Source: an uncultured Myxococcales bacterium
Lineage (GTDB): Bacteria > Myxococcota > UBA4151
Direction: 5' to 3'
Assembly (NCBI GenBank): GCA_964013405.1
Contig: CAXGWI010000068.1
Coordinates: forward strand, 1-17,611
Length of the DNA: 17,611 nt
The position numbers and the translations under genes were made by a program. Position 1 is the stretch's first letter. Each line of letters begins with the position of its first letter. Shown here piece by piece: positions 8,026-15,959 of the stretch. The notes under the pieces were generated by a model that made no database searches, had not been told where the DNA came from, and was given only the letters and a program-made list of their open reading frames with translations.

Positions 8026-9204
8026 CTATCCCTTCAGCGACTCTGCGCCTGATACCTGGAGAAGTTCATTGGCAACCCGCTTGCCCGCTTCGACGCCGGG
8101 TTGATCGAATGCGTTAATGCCCATCAACTGTCCCAGGTCAGCCGTGGTTCGCATCCATGTCTGCATCCAAGCGCCTACCGATGCTGGATTTCGCCCCAGT
8201 AAGAAGCGGCTCACCGGGCGACCCAGCTCATCGAGAGCCTTCGCATTGGCATACCAGAGGACATGCCGTAACTCCGTCAAACCCTGGAGCCCGAGCCGGC
8301 CGAAATCCGGTCCCTCAGCTGGGGCTTCGTGGGCGTCCTCATCGGAGATGAACAGGGTGACCGCATGGGCCGGGCCCTCGGCGAGCAACTGCAGGATCGA
8401 ATGTTGGTCCCGACTCCCGATCGCCCACTGGGGATACAGACCCCTTCCCTCTTTACCGAGGCTCTCCGCGACCAATTGAACCCACCATGCGCCCAAACTC
8501 CCGAGCCGGTCACCATAAAGGAACTGAACAAGGTGATCGAAGCCCTGGCCCGCCAAGTGGTGGAGATCCACCGCCAAAGCCCGGGCTAACTGGGCGTCGG
8601 CGTCTTTGGCCCCCTGGAGGAGGGCGCCTACATCCAGCCCCACAGCAGCCAATGGGGCCAGGCCGACGGGGGTAAAAACCGAGAAACGGCCCCCGACATC
8701 CTGGGGAATGGGCAACTGGGGCCAATCCCGTTCCTGAGCAAAGGCTCTCAAGGGACTGGCCGGTGCTTGGGTAATCAGCGCATAATGGGCTTTCGGGTGA
8801 CGGGCGTAGACCTCCCGCAACAGGGCTAGAACTTCGAGGGTCTGCCCGGATCGAGAGATCACAAACACCCCGAGCTTGGCACTCTCAACGCCTTCAAGGG
8901 AGCGGTCCAATAGTTCCTTGTCGAGATTGTCGAGGAACTGGAGGCGGCGCTGTTGGTGCCGGTCACCAAGGGCATCGAGAATGGCCTTTGCCCCGGCGGA
9001 CGAGCCCCCGATACCGATGACGAGCAAGCGTTCACGGCCGGCCATGGAGCGGCCGAGCTCGCGGGCCATAATCTGGGGCTCTAAATCCCGCGTCAGCGTC
9101 CGCTCAAAGCCGGATTCGGAGCGCGTCCAAAGATTGAGTACGGGGGGAGGCCCCTCCCGGTGGGTGAGATGACGCCAACAATCGCCTGTATGTTGTTTCA
9201 CCAT
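8026..9204 (-). CDS. pgi: Glucose-6-phosphate isomerase, compact form
   Basis: Contains IGIGGS, ISRSGQTLE, DVGGRFSV, QLVAESLGK, DQHS and GINAFDQPGVEAGK, so the catalytic Glu, His and Lys motifs are all present. Confidence 0.92.
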   Translation of the reverse strand: MVKQHTGDCWRHLTHREGPPPVLNLWTRSESGFERTLTRDLEPQIMARELGRSMAGRERLLVIGIGGSSAGAKAILDALGDRHQQRRLQFLDNLDKELLDRSLEGVESAKLGVFVISRSGQTLEVLALLREVYARHPKAHYALITQAPASPLRAFAQERDWPQLPIPQDVGGRFSVFTPVGLAPLAAVGLDVGALLQGAKDADAQLARALAVDLHHLAGQGFDHLVQFLYGDRLGSLGAWWVQLVAESLGKEGRGLYPQWAIGSRDQHSILQLLAEGPAHAVTLFISDEDAHEAPAEGPDFGRLGLQGLTELRHVLWYANAKALDELGRPVSRFLLGRNPASVGAWMQTWMRTTADLGQLMGINAFDQPGVEAGKRVANELLQVSGAESLKG

Positions 9205-9328
9205 GTCGAGGCGCCATTACACCGTCGGGCCGCCCCCGGAAAGACCAGACCTTCAGCCCGCTTGCAGATTGTCATGGGCCCCTGCGGGTTGCTAAGGGCC
9301 TGGGGTCGAGAAGAGGGTGTTTCGGTCT

Positions 9329-10225
9329 ATGTGTCGTCTCTTTGGGTTTCGCAGCAGCATGGACGTCGGCGTCCACCATAGCCTGGTGCTGGCCGAGAAC
9401 GCCCTCGCCATGCAAAGCCAAAAACACCCCGACGGTTGGGGCATCGGCTACTATGAATCAGACCTCCCGGTGCTGCGGCGTTCGGCCGAAAGCGCCTTTG
9501 TGGATCGGGACTTCCGGCAAATGGCCCGATTTGTCCGGAGCCCCACGGTGATCGCCCATATCCGGGCGGCTACCATCGGGCGAATCGCCATCGAGAATGC
9601 CCACCCCTTCCAGATGGGCCGCTGGATCTTTGCCCATAACGGCACCGTACAGAACTTCGAGAGCATCGAGGAAGAAGTCCTCGCAGGCATCGCCCCAGAT
9701 CTCCGCGTGCACATTGCCGGCAATACAGACAGTGAACGGATGTTTTATCTGTTTCTCAGCTTTCTGCGGCGATCAGGCGTCGAGTACCACGAGCAGGCCC
9801 CAGCCAACTTGGCTGCAGAAGTGCTCGGGCAGACGGTCACTTGGATCACGAAGCTGGCGACGCGCAAGGACTGCCCGCCACCTATTCTGAACTTTCTCGT
9901 CACGGATGGTCGGGCCATGGCTGCATCACGGCTCGGGAGAAGCCTCTTCTTCTCTACGCAAAAGCGATTTTGCGGCAAGATGGAGGAATGCAGCAAATGG
10001 CAACAGGGCGCAGCGCTCCCCTGCATGAACCCCCTACGGGAGACCGAGATCAACCACATCCTGATCGCGTCTGAAAGCATCTCTGCCGACGATGTCTGGG
10101 AAGAGGTTGAGGAAGGCGAAGTCCTGGCGATCGATGCAGACTTCGCCTTCCGTCGGCACCGAGTCATGAGCGAGAGCCACGAGGAGCTCTCAGTGCGTTA
10201 CGAACCCTACGCTATGACGGTCTAG
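9329..10225 (+). CDS. Class II (Ntn) glutamine amidotransferase, YafJ/EgtC/DUG3-like
   Basis: Starts MCRLFG at ATG 9329, which gives the N-terminal nucleophile Cys after Met removal. Also contains HPDGWGIGYY, AHIRAAT, NAHPF, FAHNG, GNTDSE and IASE. Confidence 0.92.
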   Translation: MCRLFGFRSSMDVGVHHSLVLAENALAMQSQKHPDGWGIGYYESDLPVLRRSAESAFVDRDFRQMARFVRSPTVIAHIRAATIGRIAIENAHPFQMGRWIFAHNGTVQNFESIEEEVLAGIAPDLRVHIAGNTDSERMFYLFLSFLRRSGVEYHEQAPANLAAEVLGQTVTWITKLATRKDCPPPILNFLVTDGRAMAASRLGRSLFFSTQKRFCGKMEECSKWQQGAALPCMNPLRETEINHILIASESISADDVWEEVEEGEVLAIDADFAFRRHRVMSESHEELSVRYEPYAMTV

Positions 10226-10634
10226 AGACCTCGGCCCAACGCACGTCACCCTCTCGATGAATCCAGACGCGCCACGCGGTGGTGGGCAGCAAGGATTCGA
10301 AACGCTGAGCCCACTCGATGAGACTGATGCCGTCCCGGGGATCGAAGAGTTCGTCGGCGCCGATCGCTTCGAGTTCTTGGGCTTCCTCGACCCGGTAAAG
10401 ATCGGCGTGCCGAACCCGGGGTGTGCTGCCGTACTCATGGACCAACGCGAAGGTCGGACTGGCGACCTCTTCTCCGGCTGTGGTGCAAAGGGCCCTCACG
10501 AAACCACGCACCAACTCCGTTTTGCCGGCCCCCAAATCACCATCGAGGCCGATCACGGTGCCAAGACTCGCCGCTGTCGCCAGTTGGGCACCGAGCGCAT
10601 GGGTCGCTTCGAGATCAGGTAGTTCGATGCGCAT
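10212..10634 (-). CDS. tsaE: tRNA threonylcarbamoyladenosine biosynthesis ATPase TsaE
   Basis: Walker A GDLGAGKT, SPTF, HADLYR and IEW in a 140-aa protein. It overlaps the 3' end of nnr, which is the conserved yjeF-yjeE order. Confidence 0.96.
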   Translation of the reverse strand: MRIELPDLEATHALGAQLATAASLGTVIGLDGDLGAGKTELVRGFVRALCTTAGEEVASPTFALVHEYGSTPRVRHADLYRVEEAQELEAIGADELFDPRDGISLIEWAQRFESLLPTTAWRVWIHREGDVRWAEVSRPS

Positions 10635-12099
10635 GCTTCAACTGCCTCCACGCTTCGGCGAAACTCTGCTTTAACTCTCGCTGTCCAACCACTTCTTCCT
10701 GACCTTCCCCCAGGCGCCGCGCCCCTTCGATTTGGAGGTAGATGGCCAACTGGACGGCCTTGGGCAAGCCCATCCCGCGCCCTAACAATGCGGCGATCAG
10801 GCCGGCCAGCAGATCCCCCGAACCGGCCCGGGCCAGGGCCCGGTGTCCACCAGGAAATACGAGACATTCATCGGGACCAGCCAACACATTACCAGGACCT
10901 TTTAAGAGCACCCAACAGCCAAAACGGGCTTGGATCGCCTGGGCCATCTGCACCCGTCCCTCGACCGATGGATCTGCCAACAAACGGAGGGCTTCACCCT
11001 CATGGGGTGTCAACAGACACCGCTCGGGGAGAGGCAGGTCAGGATTTTTTGAGAGATGCCACAACGCATCTGCATCCAAAACCCAGGGAATCGCAGGCCC
11101 GGCTGACAAGAGGGTCTCCAAGGCCTGGGCCTGCGCCGGCGCTCGCCCCAACCCACAGCCGGCCAAGGCCGATTGACAGCGGGCCAGGGCGGTGAGGGCC
11201 TGGTGCTCATCCGTCGCGACCATCACTTCGTCGGCGAGTCCAGGCAACACGCTACGGGCCACATCAGGGATGCGAAGGTGGACCAAACCTGCGCCGCCCA
11301 ACTCCAGCCCGGCCAAGGCCAACATCGCGGCCCCCTCCATCCCCGGGGAACCGGCCAAGGCGAGCACGCGCCCTTGACTCACTTTGGAACCACCAGACGC
11401 AGGCACCGCGGGCAGCGGCGGCAACCCCTCAACGAGCCATGCGGCCGGCTTGCCGGCGGCGGCCCGATGGGCTTGGGTGAAGCCCAAGCCCACCCACTCG
11501 ACCTCCCCGTGATGGGCGCTGGCGACATCACCGAAAAATCCGACCTTGTGGCCACCGAAGGTTACGGTCTTGGAGGCCCGAACCGTGGCGCCGAGCACTT
11601 GGCCCGTGTCCGCATCCAAACCGCTGGGGAGATCGCAGGCGATCACGGGCCAGGAGAGATGGTGGGTTGCGTCGGCCGCCAATGCCATCGCCCCGCTCAG
11701 GCCCCGCCGCAGCCCCGTGCCGAAAAGACAGTCGACGACCACCCTCCTTCGATCCCCCTGCAGCGGGTGCTCCACCGTCCAACGTTCAGCCTCAGGCAAG
11801 CGCTGCCAGGCCGTCTGTGCAGCCGATGTTTTGGGCTGCCCCAATGGGCACCACAGACTGATCTCCTGGCCGGTCTCAAGCAGGTGCCGAGCAGCCACGA
11901 GTCCGTCGCCACCGTTGTTGCCAGGGCCCATCCAGATCTCGATCTGCGGGATGCCCTCTGCACGGATGCTTCGGGCCAGAGCCGCACCGGCCACCTCCAT
12001 CAACTCCGGTTGGCTCTCAAGGGCCGCCCGGTCCAGCATTTGGAGTTGGTCCCGATGCCATAGGGCGAGATGGGCAGGACGCTTATTCAAGCCCGTCAC
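10615..12099 (-). CDS. nnr: Bifunctional NAD(P)HX epimerase / ADP-dependent NAD(P)HX dehydratase (YjeF/Nnr)
   Basis: The YjeF_N domain shows LMEVAG, GPGNNGGDG, DCLFGTG and DLPSG. The YjeF_C domain shows VLDADAL, LTPHEGEA, LLKG and AGSGDLLAG. Confidence 0.93.
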   Translation of the reverse strand: MTGLNKRPAHLALWHRDQLQMLDRAALESQPELMEVAGAALARSIRAEGIPQIEIWMGPGNNGGDGLVAARHLLETGQEISLWCPLGQPKTSAAQTAWQRLPEAERWTVEHPLQGDRRRVVVDCLFGTGLRRGLSGAMALAADATHHLSWPVIACDLPSGLDADTGQVLGATVRASKTVTFGGHKVGFFGDVASAHHGEVEWVGLGFTQAHRAAAGKPAAWLVEGLPPLPAVPASGGSKVSQGRVLALAGSPGMEGAAMLALAGLELGGAGLVHLRIPDVARSVLPGLADEVMVATDEHQALTALARCQSALAGCGLGRAPAQAQALETLLSAGPAIPWVLDADALWHLSKNPDLPLPERCLLTPHEGEALRLLADPSVEGRVQMAQAIQARFGCWVLLKGPGNVLAGPDECLVFPGGHRALARAGSGDLLAGLIAALLGRGMGLPKAVQLAIYLQIEGARRLGEGQEEVVGQRELKQSFAEAWRQLKHAHRTT

Positions 12100-12808
12100 G
12101 GGCCTTCACGATACAGGCTTTGTAGTCGGCGACCGTCTGAGCCAGCCCCCCCCGAAAGAGTGCGTCTGCGACGATGGCATGACCGATATTGAGTTCCTCC
12201 AACTCGGGAATGCTGGCGACCGCTTCCAGATTATCCAGGGTCAGGCCGTGACCCCCATGGGCAGCCAAACCCAAGGACCGACACAAGGCCGCGCCGCAAG
12301 TTAAGCGGTCCAACTCCTCGGCCTGGGCTGACCCCGAAAGATTGGCATACCGACCCGTATGCAACTCGACGGCATCGGCGCCGACGGCAGCCGCCCGCTG
12401 CAACATGACGGGGTCCGCTTCGATGAACAAGCTCACCTTGATCGAGGCCGCTTGGAGCCCTCGGATACAGGCTTCGAGTTGGGGGACAGCCATGAGATCC
12501 AGGCCCCCCTCTGTGGTCAACTCCTCCCGGCGTTCAGGGACCAAACAAACCCAATCCGGCCCCAATTGTCGGGCGATCTCAAGGGCCCCTTCCTCGACCG
12601 CGATTTCAAAGTTTAAGATGGGAGATGCGGCGCGGATGGCCGGCAAATCTTCCCGGCGGATATGGCGCTCGTCCAAACGCAAATGACAGGTGATCAAGTC
12701 TGCCCCACCGCGCATGGCCTCGACCGCGGCCTTTGCCGGGTCGGGATAAACCTCGCCCCTTGCGTTTCGAATCGTCGCCACATGATCGATGTTGACACCT
12801 AATCGCAC
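12083..12808 (-). CDS. pdxJ: Pyridoxine 5'-phosphate synthase
   Basis: Contains LGVNIDHVAT.RNARG, YPDP, CLVPERREELTTEGGLD, SLFIEAD, VELHTG, GHGL and ELNIGH in a 241-aa protein. An SD (GGGAGG) lies in the 3' end of glmM. Confidence 0.97.
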   Translation of the reverse strand: MRLGVNIDHVATIRNARGEVYPDPAKAAVEAMRGGADLITCHLRLDERHIRREDLPAIRAASPILNFEIAVEEGALEIARQLGPDWVCLVPERREELTTEGGLDLMAVPQLEACIRGLQAASIKVSLFIEADPVMLQRAAAVGADAVELHTGRYANLSGSAQAEELDRLTCGAALCRSLGLAAHGGHGLTLDNLEAVASIPELEELNIGHAIVADALFRGGLAQTVADYKACIVKARDGLE

Positions 12809-12810
12809 GG

Positions 12811-14163
12811 TCAGCCTCCCGTCGCAGCAACGAGGGTCGAAGCCATTTCCTCCGCAAGGACACGGATGCGTTGCGGATCTGGTCCCTCCACCATCACCCG
12901 CGCTTTGGCTTCCGTGCCCGAGTAGCGCACCAGCACTCGCCCATCCTTGCCAAGCTCCGATTCGGCAGACTGGAGTTGGGCCTGAAACTGGGCCAGCTCC
13001 TCCAAGGGTGGCTTGCTCTCCACCTTCACATTCAGCAGGACCTGAGGCAGAGGCTCCATCACCTTCGCAAGCTCACTGACTCGCCGGCCCTCTCGCACCA
13101 TCATCCCCATCACACCGAGTCCACAAACGAGACCGTCACCGGTGGTGCCATGACTCAAGAAAATAACGTGACCACTCTGCTCACCGCCCAAGCTGTAGCC
13201 TCCGGCCCGCATGGCTTCCACCACGTAGCGATCACCGACTTGCGCCCGCAGGACACGTCCACCGTGCTGCTCTAGGCAATGGTCCAGAGCCAAGTTGCTC
13301 ATCACCGTCGCCACCAGCGTGTTCTCATGGAGCCTTTGTTCTCGAATCAAGCGGACCGCGTGCATGGCCATCAACTGATCCCCGTCGACGGTCCTTCCGG
13401 TTTCGTCCACGACGATAATGCGGTCCGCATCGCCATCTAAACAGATGCCGATATCACAGCCGTGATCTCTGACCACCTGGGCCAGATGATCAGGATACAG
13501 GGAGCCAACACCATCATTGATGTTGACGCCGTTGGGCGAGATCCCCACCGGAACCACTTCCGCACCCAACTCCTCTAAAGCCAGCGGACCGACCCGATAC
13601 GCAGCACCATGGGCACAGTCGATCGCGACTTTCACACCTTCCAGGGTCATCCCATCGGGGAAGGCAGTCTTCGCAAAAACAACGTAGCGCCCCAAGGCAT
13701 CATCGAGCCGCTTTGTCCGACCGAGTCCTGAACCGCTGGGCCACTCTGACTCGTCAACTGGTCCCAGCATCTCCCCTTCCAAGGCCAGCTCAACTTCATC
13801 GCTAAACTTAAAACCATCGGGGCCAAACAGCTTCACCCCATTGTCATCGAAAGGGTTATGGGATGCGGAGATCATCACACCGGCGTCAGCTCGCATCGAC
13901 CGCACCAAGAAGGCCACGGCCGGTGTGGGCATGGGCCCCAACAGCAGGGCATCTCCACCGGCGGAACAGATCCCGGAAGCGATGGCTGATTCCAGCAGGT
14001 AGCAACTCCGCCTGGTGTCTTTGCCAATAATGATTCGGGGGCGGTGGCTGCCTTGCAGCCGTCGCGTTAAGGCCCGTCCCAGATTCATCGCCACCTCACC
14101 GGTCATGGGGAATCGGTTGGCCTGGCCCCGAATGCCGTCGGTACCAAAGAGTTGTCGGCTCAT
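12811..14163 (-). CDS. glmM: Phosphoglucosamine mutase
   Basis: Contains FGTDGIRG, GKDTRRS, GVMISASHNP (phospho-Ser loop), DGDADR, GGEQSGH and VRYSGTE in a 450-aa protein, immediately downstream of cdaA-cdaR. Confidence 0.97.
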   Translation of the reverse strand: MSRQLFGTDGIRGQANRFPMTGEVAMNLGRALTRRLQGSHRPRIIIGKDTRRSCYLLESAIASGICSAGGDALLLGPMPTPAVAFLVRSMRADAGVMISASHNPFDDNGVKLFGPDGFKFSDEVELALEGEMLGPVDESEWPSGSGLGRTKRLDDALGRYVVFAKTAFPDGMTLEGVKVAIDCAHGAAYRVGPLALEELGAEVVPVGISPNGVNINDGVGSLYPDHLAQVVRDHGCDIGICLDGDADRIIVVDETGRTVDGDQLMAMHAVRLIREQRLHENTLVATVMSNLALDHCLEQHGGRVLRAQVGDRYVVEAMRAGGYSLGGEQSGHVIFLSHGTTGDGLVCGLGVMGMMVREGRRVSELAKVMEPLPQVLLNVKVESKPPLEELAQFQAQLQSAESELGKDGRVLVRYSGTEAKARVMVEGPDPQRIRVLAEEMASTLVAATGG

Positions 14164-14167
14164 CCTG

Positions 14168-15139
14168 CTACTCCTGTTTCCGAGGGCTCGCTTTGCGCAC
14201 CTCGATCCGTGGGACTGGCCCCAGGCGAATCACCCCTTGGGGTAACCCTTCAATCACGACCCGCGCGGTCCAGCGCCCACCGCCTTGGGCTCTCTGCACA
14301 CTCCCCTCATCAAGACGCAAGCGAAGGTCGTCCGCCTGCAAGCGAGTGAGGCTGTCTCGTGGGCCCTTGAGTCGCAACTCCATGGTGCCTTTGGCTTCGT
14401 AACGTTCACCGGGCGCTACCGCCAGGTCCGCCATCCGTCGCTCCTTCAGCGGCGCATTGATCTCCACCGCCACTTGAACCTCGGCCAAATCAACGACGCT
14501 GACACCAGGCGCCTCCGTGCGGACCGCTGCCGTTGCGCTCACGGAGTTGACCGCACCCTCGATAGCGATGGGCCCAGCCACCACGTGTTCTAGTTGGCGA
14601 ATCTTGGTGGCAGGCCCACGAACGGTCACGCGGGAGGGGGTGGCATGGACGCTCGTCACCTTGAGGCCGGCGGAGGGCTCCCCTTCTAACTTCGGTTTGA
14701 CGGCGACAACCCTCGTTTCCTCTTTATCGAGAAAGAACGTGATCATGCTGGGCCGGATGGCCACGGTTTGGAGGTTGCGCGGCAATCCGAGTAACTCCTT
14801 GTTGAGATACACGGAGGTTCGACCCAAGCCATATTCCGCCGCATTGAGGTGAATCGGTCGCTCGATCACTGAGCGCTGATAGTTTCTGATGTCGTTGACC
14901 GGCCCGGTGACAGTCACCTGGGGCCGGCGCAGCGCATCGCCGACCACCACATGCCCTGGCGGCGGATCCACCAACAGTTCGAGCTCGATGGTTTCTTTGC
15001 TGTCTTCAACCAGTTGCACTGAGCCCCAAAAGAGCAGGGCCAGTAAGAGTGCGACGCACTTGAGAGCGACATCCTGGAAAAGGGCTGCCCGTACTCTCGC
15101 AAGAAGGCCGGGCCCCTTGGCGCGCCGATCAACTGCCAT
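14168..15139 (-). CDS. cdaR: CdaR/YbbR-like regulator of diadenylate cyclase
   Basis: A single N-terminal TM segment (KCVALLLALLFWGSV) is followed by repeated beta-rich YbbR-like units ('VTVTGP', 'PSRVTVRGP', 'LRLKGP'). It lies between cdaA and glmM. ATG 15139 has a GGAGGT SD and overlaps the cdaA end by 11 nt. Confidence 0.85.
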   Translation of the reverse strand: MAVDRRAKGPGLLARVRAALFQDVALKCVALLLALLFWGSVQLVEDSKETIELELLVDPPPGHVVVGDALRRPQVTVTGPVNDIRNYQRSVIERPIHLNAAEYGLGRTSVYLNKELLGLPRNLQTVAIRPSMITFFLDKEETRVVAVKPKLEGEPSAGLKVTSVHATPSRVTVRGPATKIRQLEHVVAGPIAIEGAVNSVSATAAVRTEAPGVSVVDLAEVQVAVEINAPLKERRMADLAVAPGERYEAKGTMELRLKGPRDSLTRLQADDLRLRLDEGSVQRAQGGGRWTARVVIEGLPQGVIRLGPVPRIEVRKASPRKQE

Positions 15140-15935
15140 GGTCACCTCCCCGGGGCCGGAACCAGAGGCGCCACCAAGCGCGCCGTTCCGCCTCGGCACC
15201 CAGCTCGGTTCTTAAGAGCGCTTCGAGGGCTTCACCATCCAAGCCCCGCAGCATTTGGCCACCGGTCGCGAGAGAGATCTCCCCCCGCTCCTCACTGATC
15301 ACCAAAACGATCGCATCCACATCCTCAGTGAGGCCGATAGCCGCCCGGTGCCGAGTCCCCATATCGCTTGGCAACTGGGTGTCCATCGCCAAGGGCATAT
15401 AATAGCCAGCCACGAGGATTCGGTCTCCACGGATCACAACCGCCCCATCGTGGAGCGGACTCGACTCCTGAAAGAGACTGATCAACATGGACCGACTGAC
15501 CAAGGCATCCACCGGTGCAGCGCCTTCGAGTCGGTCCGTCAGTTCCGCACCTCGCTCCAGAACGATCAATGCCCCGGTCTTCTGCTCAGCTAATCGGCCC
15601 GCGGCGGCAACCACCTCGGGAATGACGCCAGTACTCGCGCCATCCCGTCCCCACCGGCGTGGTGCGCCGCCCACCCGTGCGAGGGCCCGACGGATGTCCG
15701 CCTGGAAGACCACCACCAAGATGATCACCAGACTGTCGATAAAGCGGTCGAGCAAGTCGCCCACGGCGACGAGGCCGAGTTGGCGGGCGACCAACCAGGC
15801 GGCCAGCACGATCAAAATCCCGACCAGGACTGCGCCAGCCCGCGTGCCGCGTACCAAGCGAAGCAAGCGCAAGAAGATATAATAGACCAAGGCGATGTCC
15901 AGAATCGCCAGGCCCGTCTTCATCCAGGGTTCCAT
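15129..15935 (-). CDS. cdaA: Diadenylate cyclase CdaA (DacA), membrane-bound c-di-AMP synthase
   Basis: Three N-terminal TM segments, 'VVVFQADIRRALARVG', the DAC motifs SPLHDGA and GTRHRAA, and 'ISEERGEIS'. Confidence 0.95.
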   Translation of the reverse strand: MEPWMKTGLAILDIALVYYIFLRLLRLVRGTRAGAVLVGILIVLAAWLVARQLGLVAVGDLLDRFIDSLVIILVVVFQADIRRALARVGGAPRRWGRDGASTGVIPEVVAAAGRLAEQKTGALIVLERGAELTDRLEGAAPVDALVSRSMLISLFQESSPLHDGAVVIRGDRILVAGYYMPLAMDTQLPSDMGTRHRAAIGLTEDVDAIVLVISEERGEISLATGGQMLRGLDGEALEALLRTELGAEAERRAWWRLWFRPRGGDHGS

Positions 15936-15959
15936 GGGGTCGTCGCCCCCTCGGCCTCT

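Noticed and set aside
9329..10225. Amidotransferase as glmS, completing a pgi-glmS-glmM pathway
   Set aside because: It has no SIS isomerase domains, and MCRLFG and DGWG are YafJ/EgtC-type motifs rather than the GlmS-type MCGI.
10212..10225. 14-nt convergent overlap of the amidotransferase and tsaE
   Set aside because: Short tail-to-tail overlaps are common in compact genomes and there is no evidence of a function.
11173..12304. Long plus-strand ORFs (296 aa and 252 aa) antisense to nnr and pdxJ
   Set aside because: They are shadow ORFs expected in GC-rich DNA, have no recognisable motifs and fully overlap confident genes. The same applies to the other short overlapping ORFs in the track.
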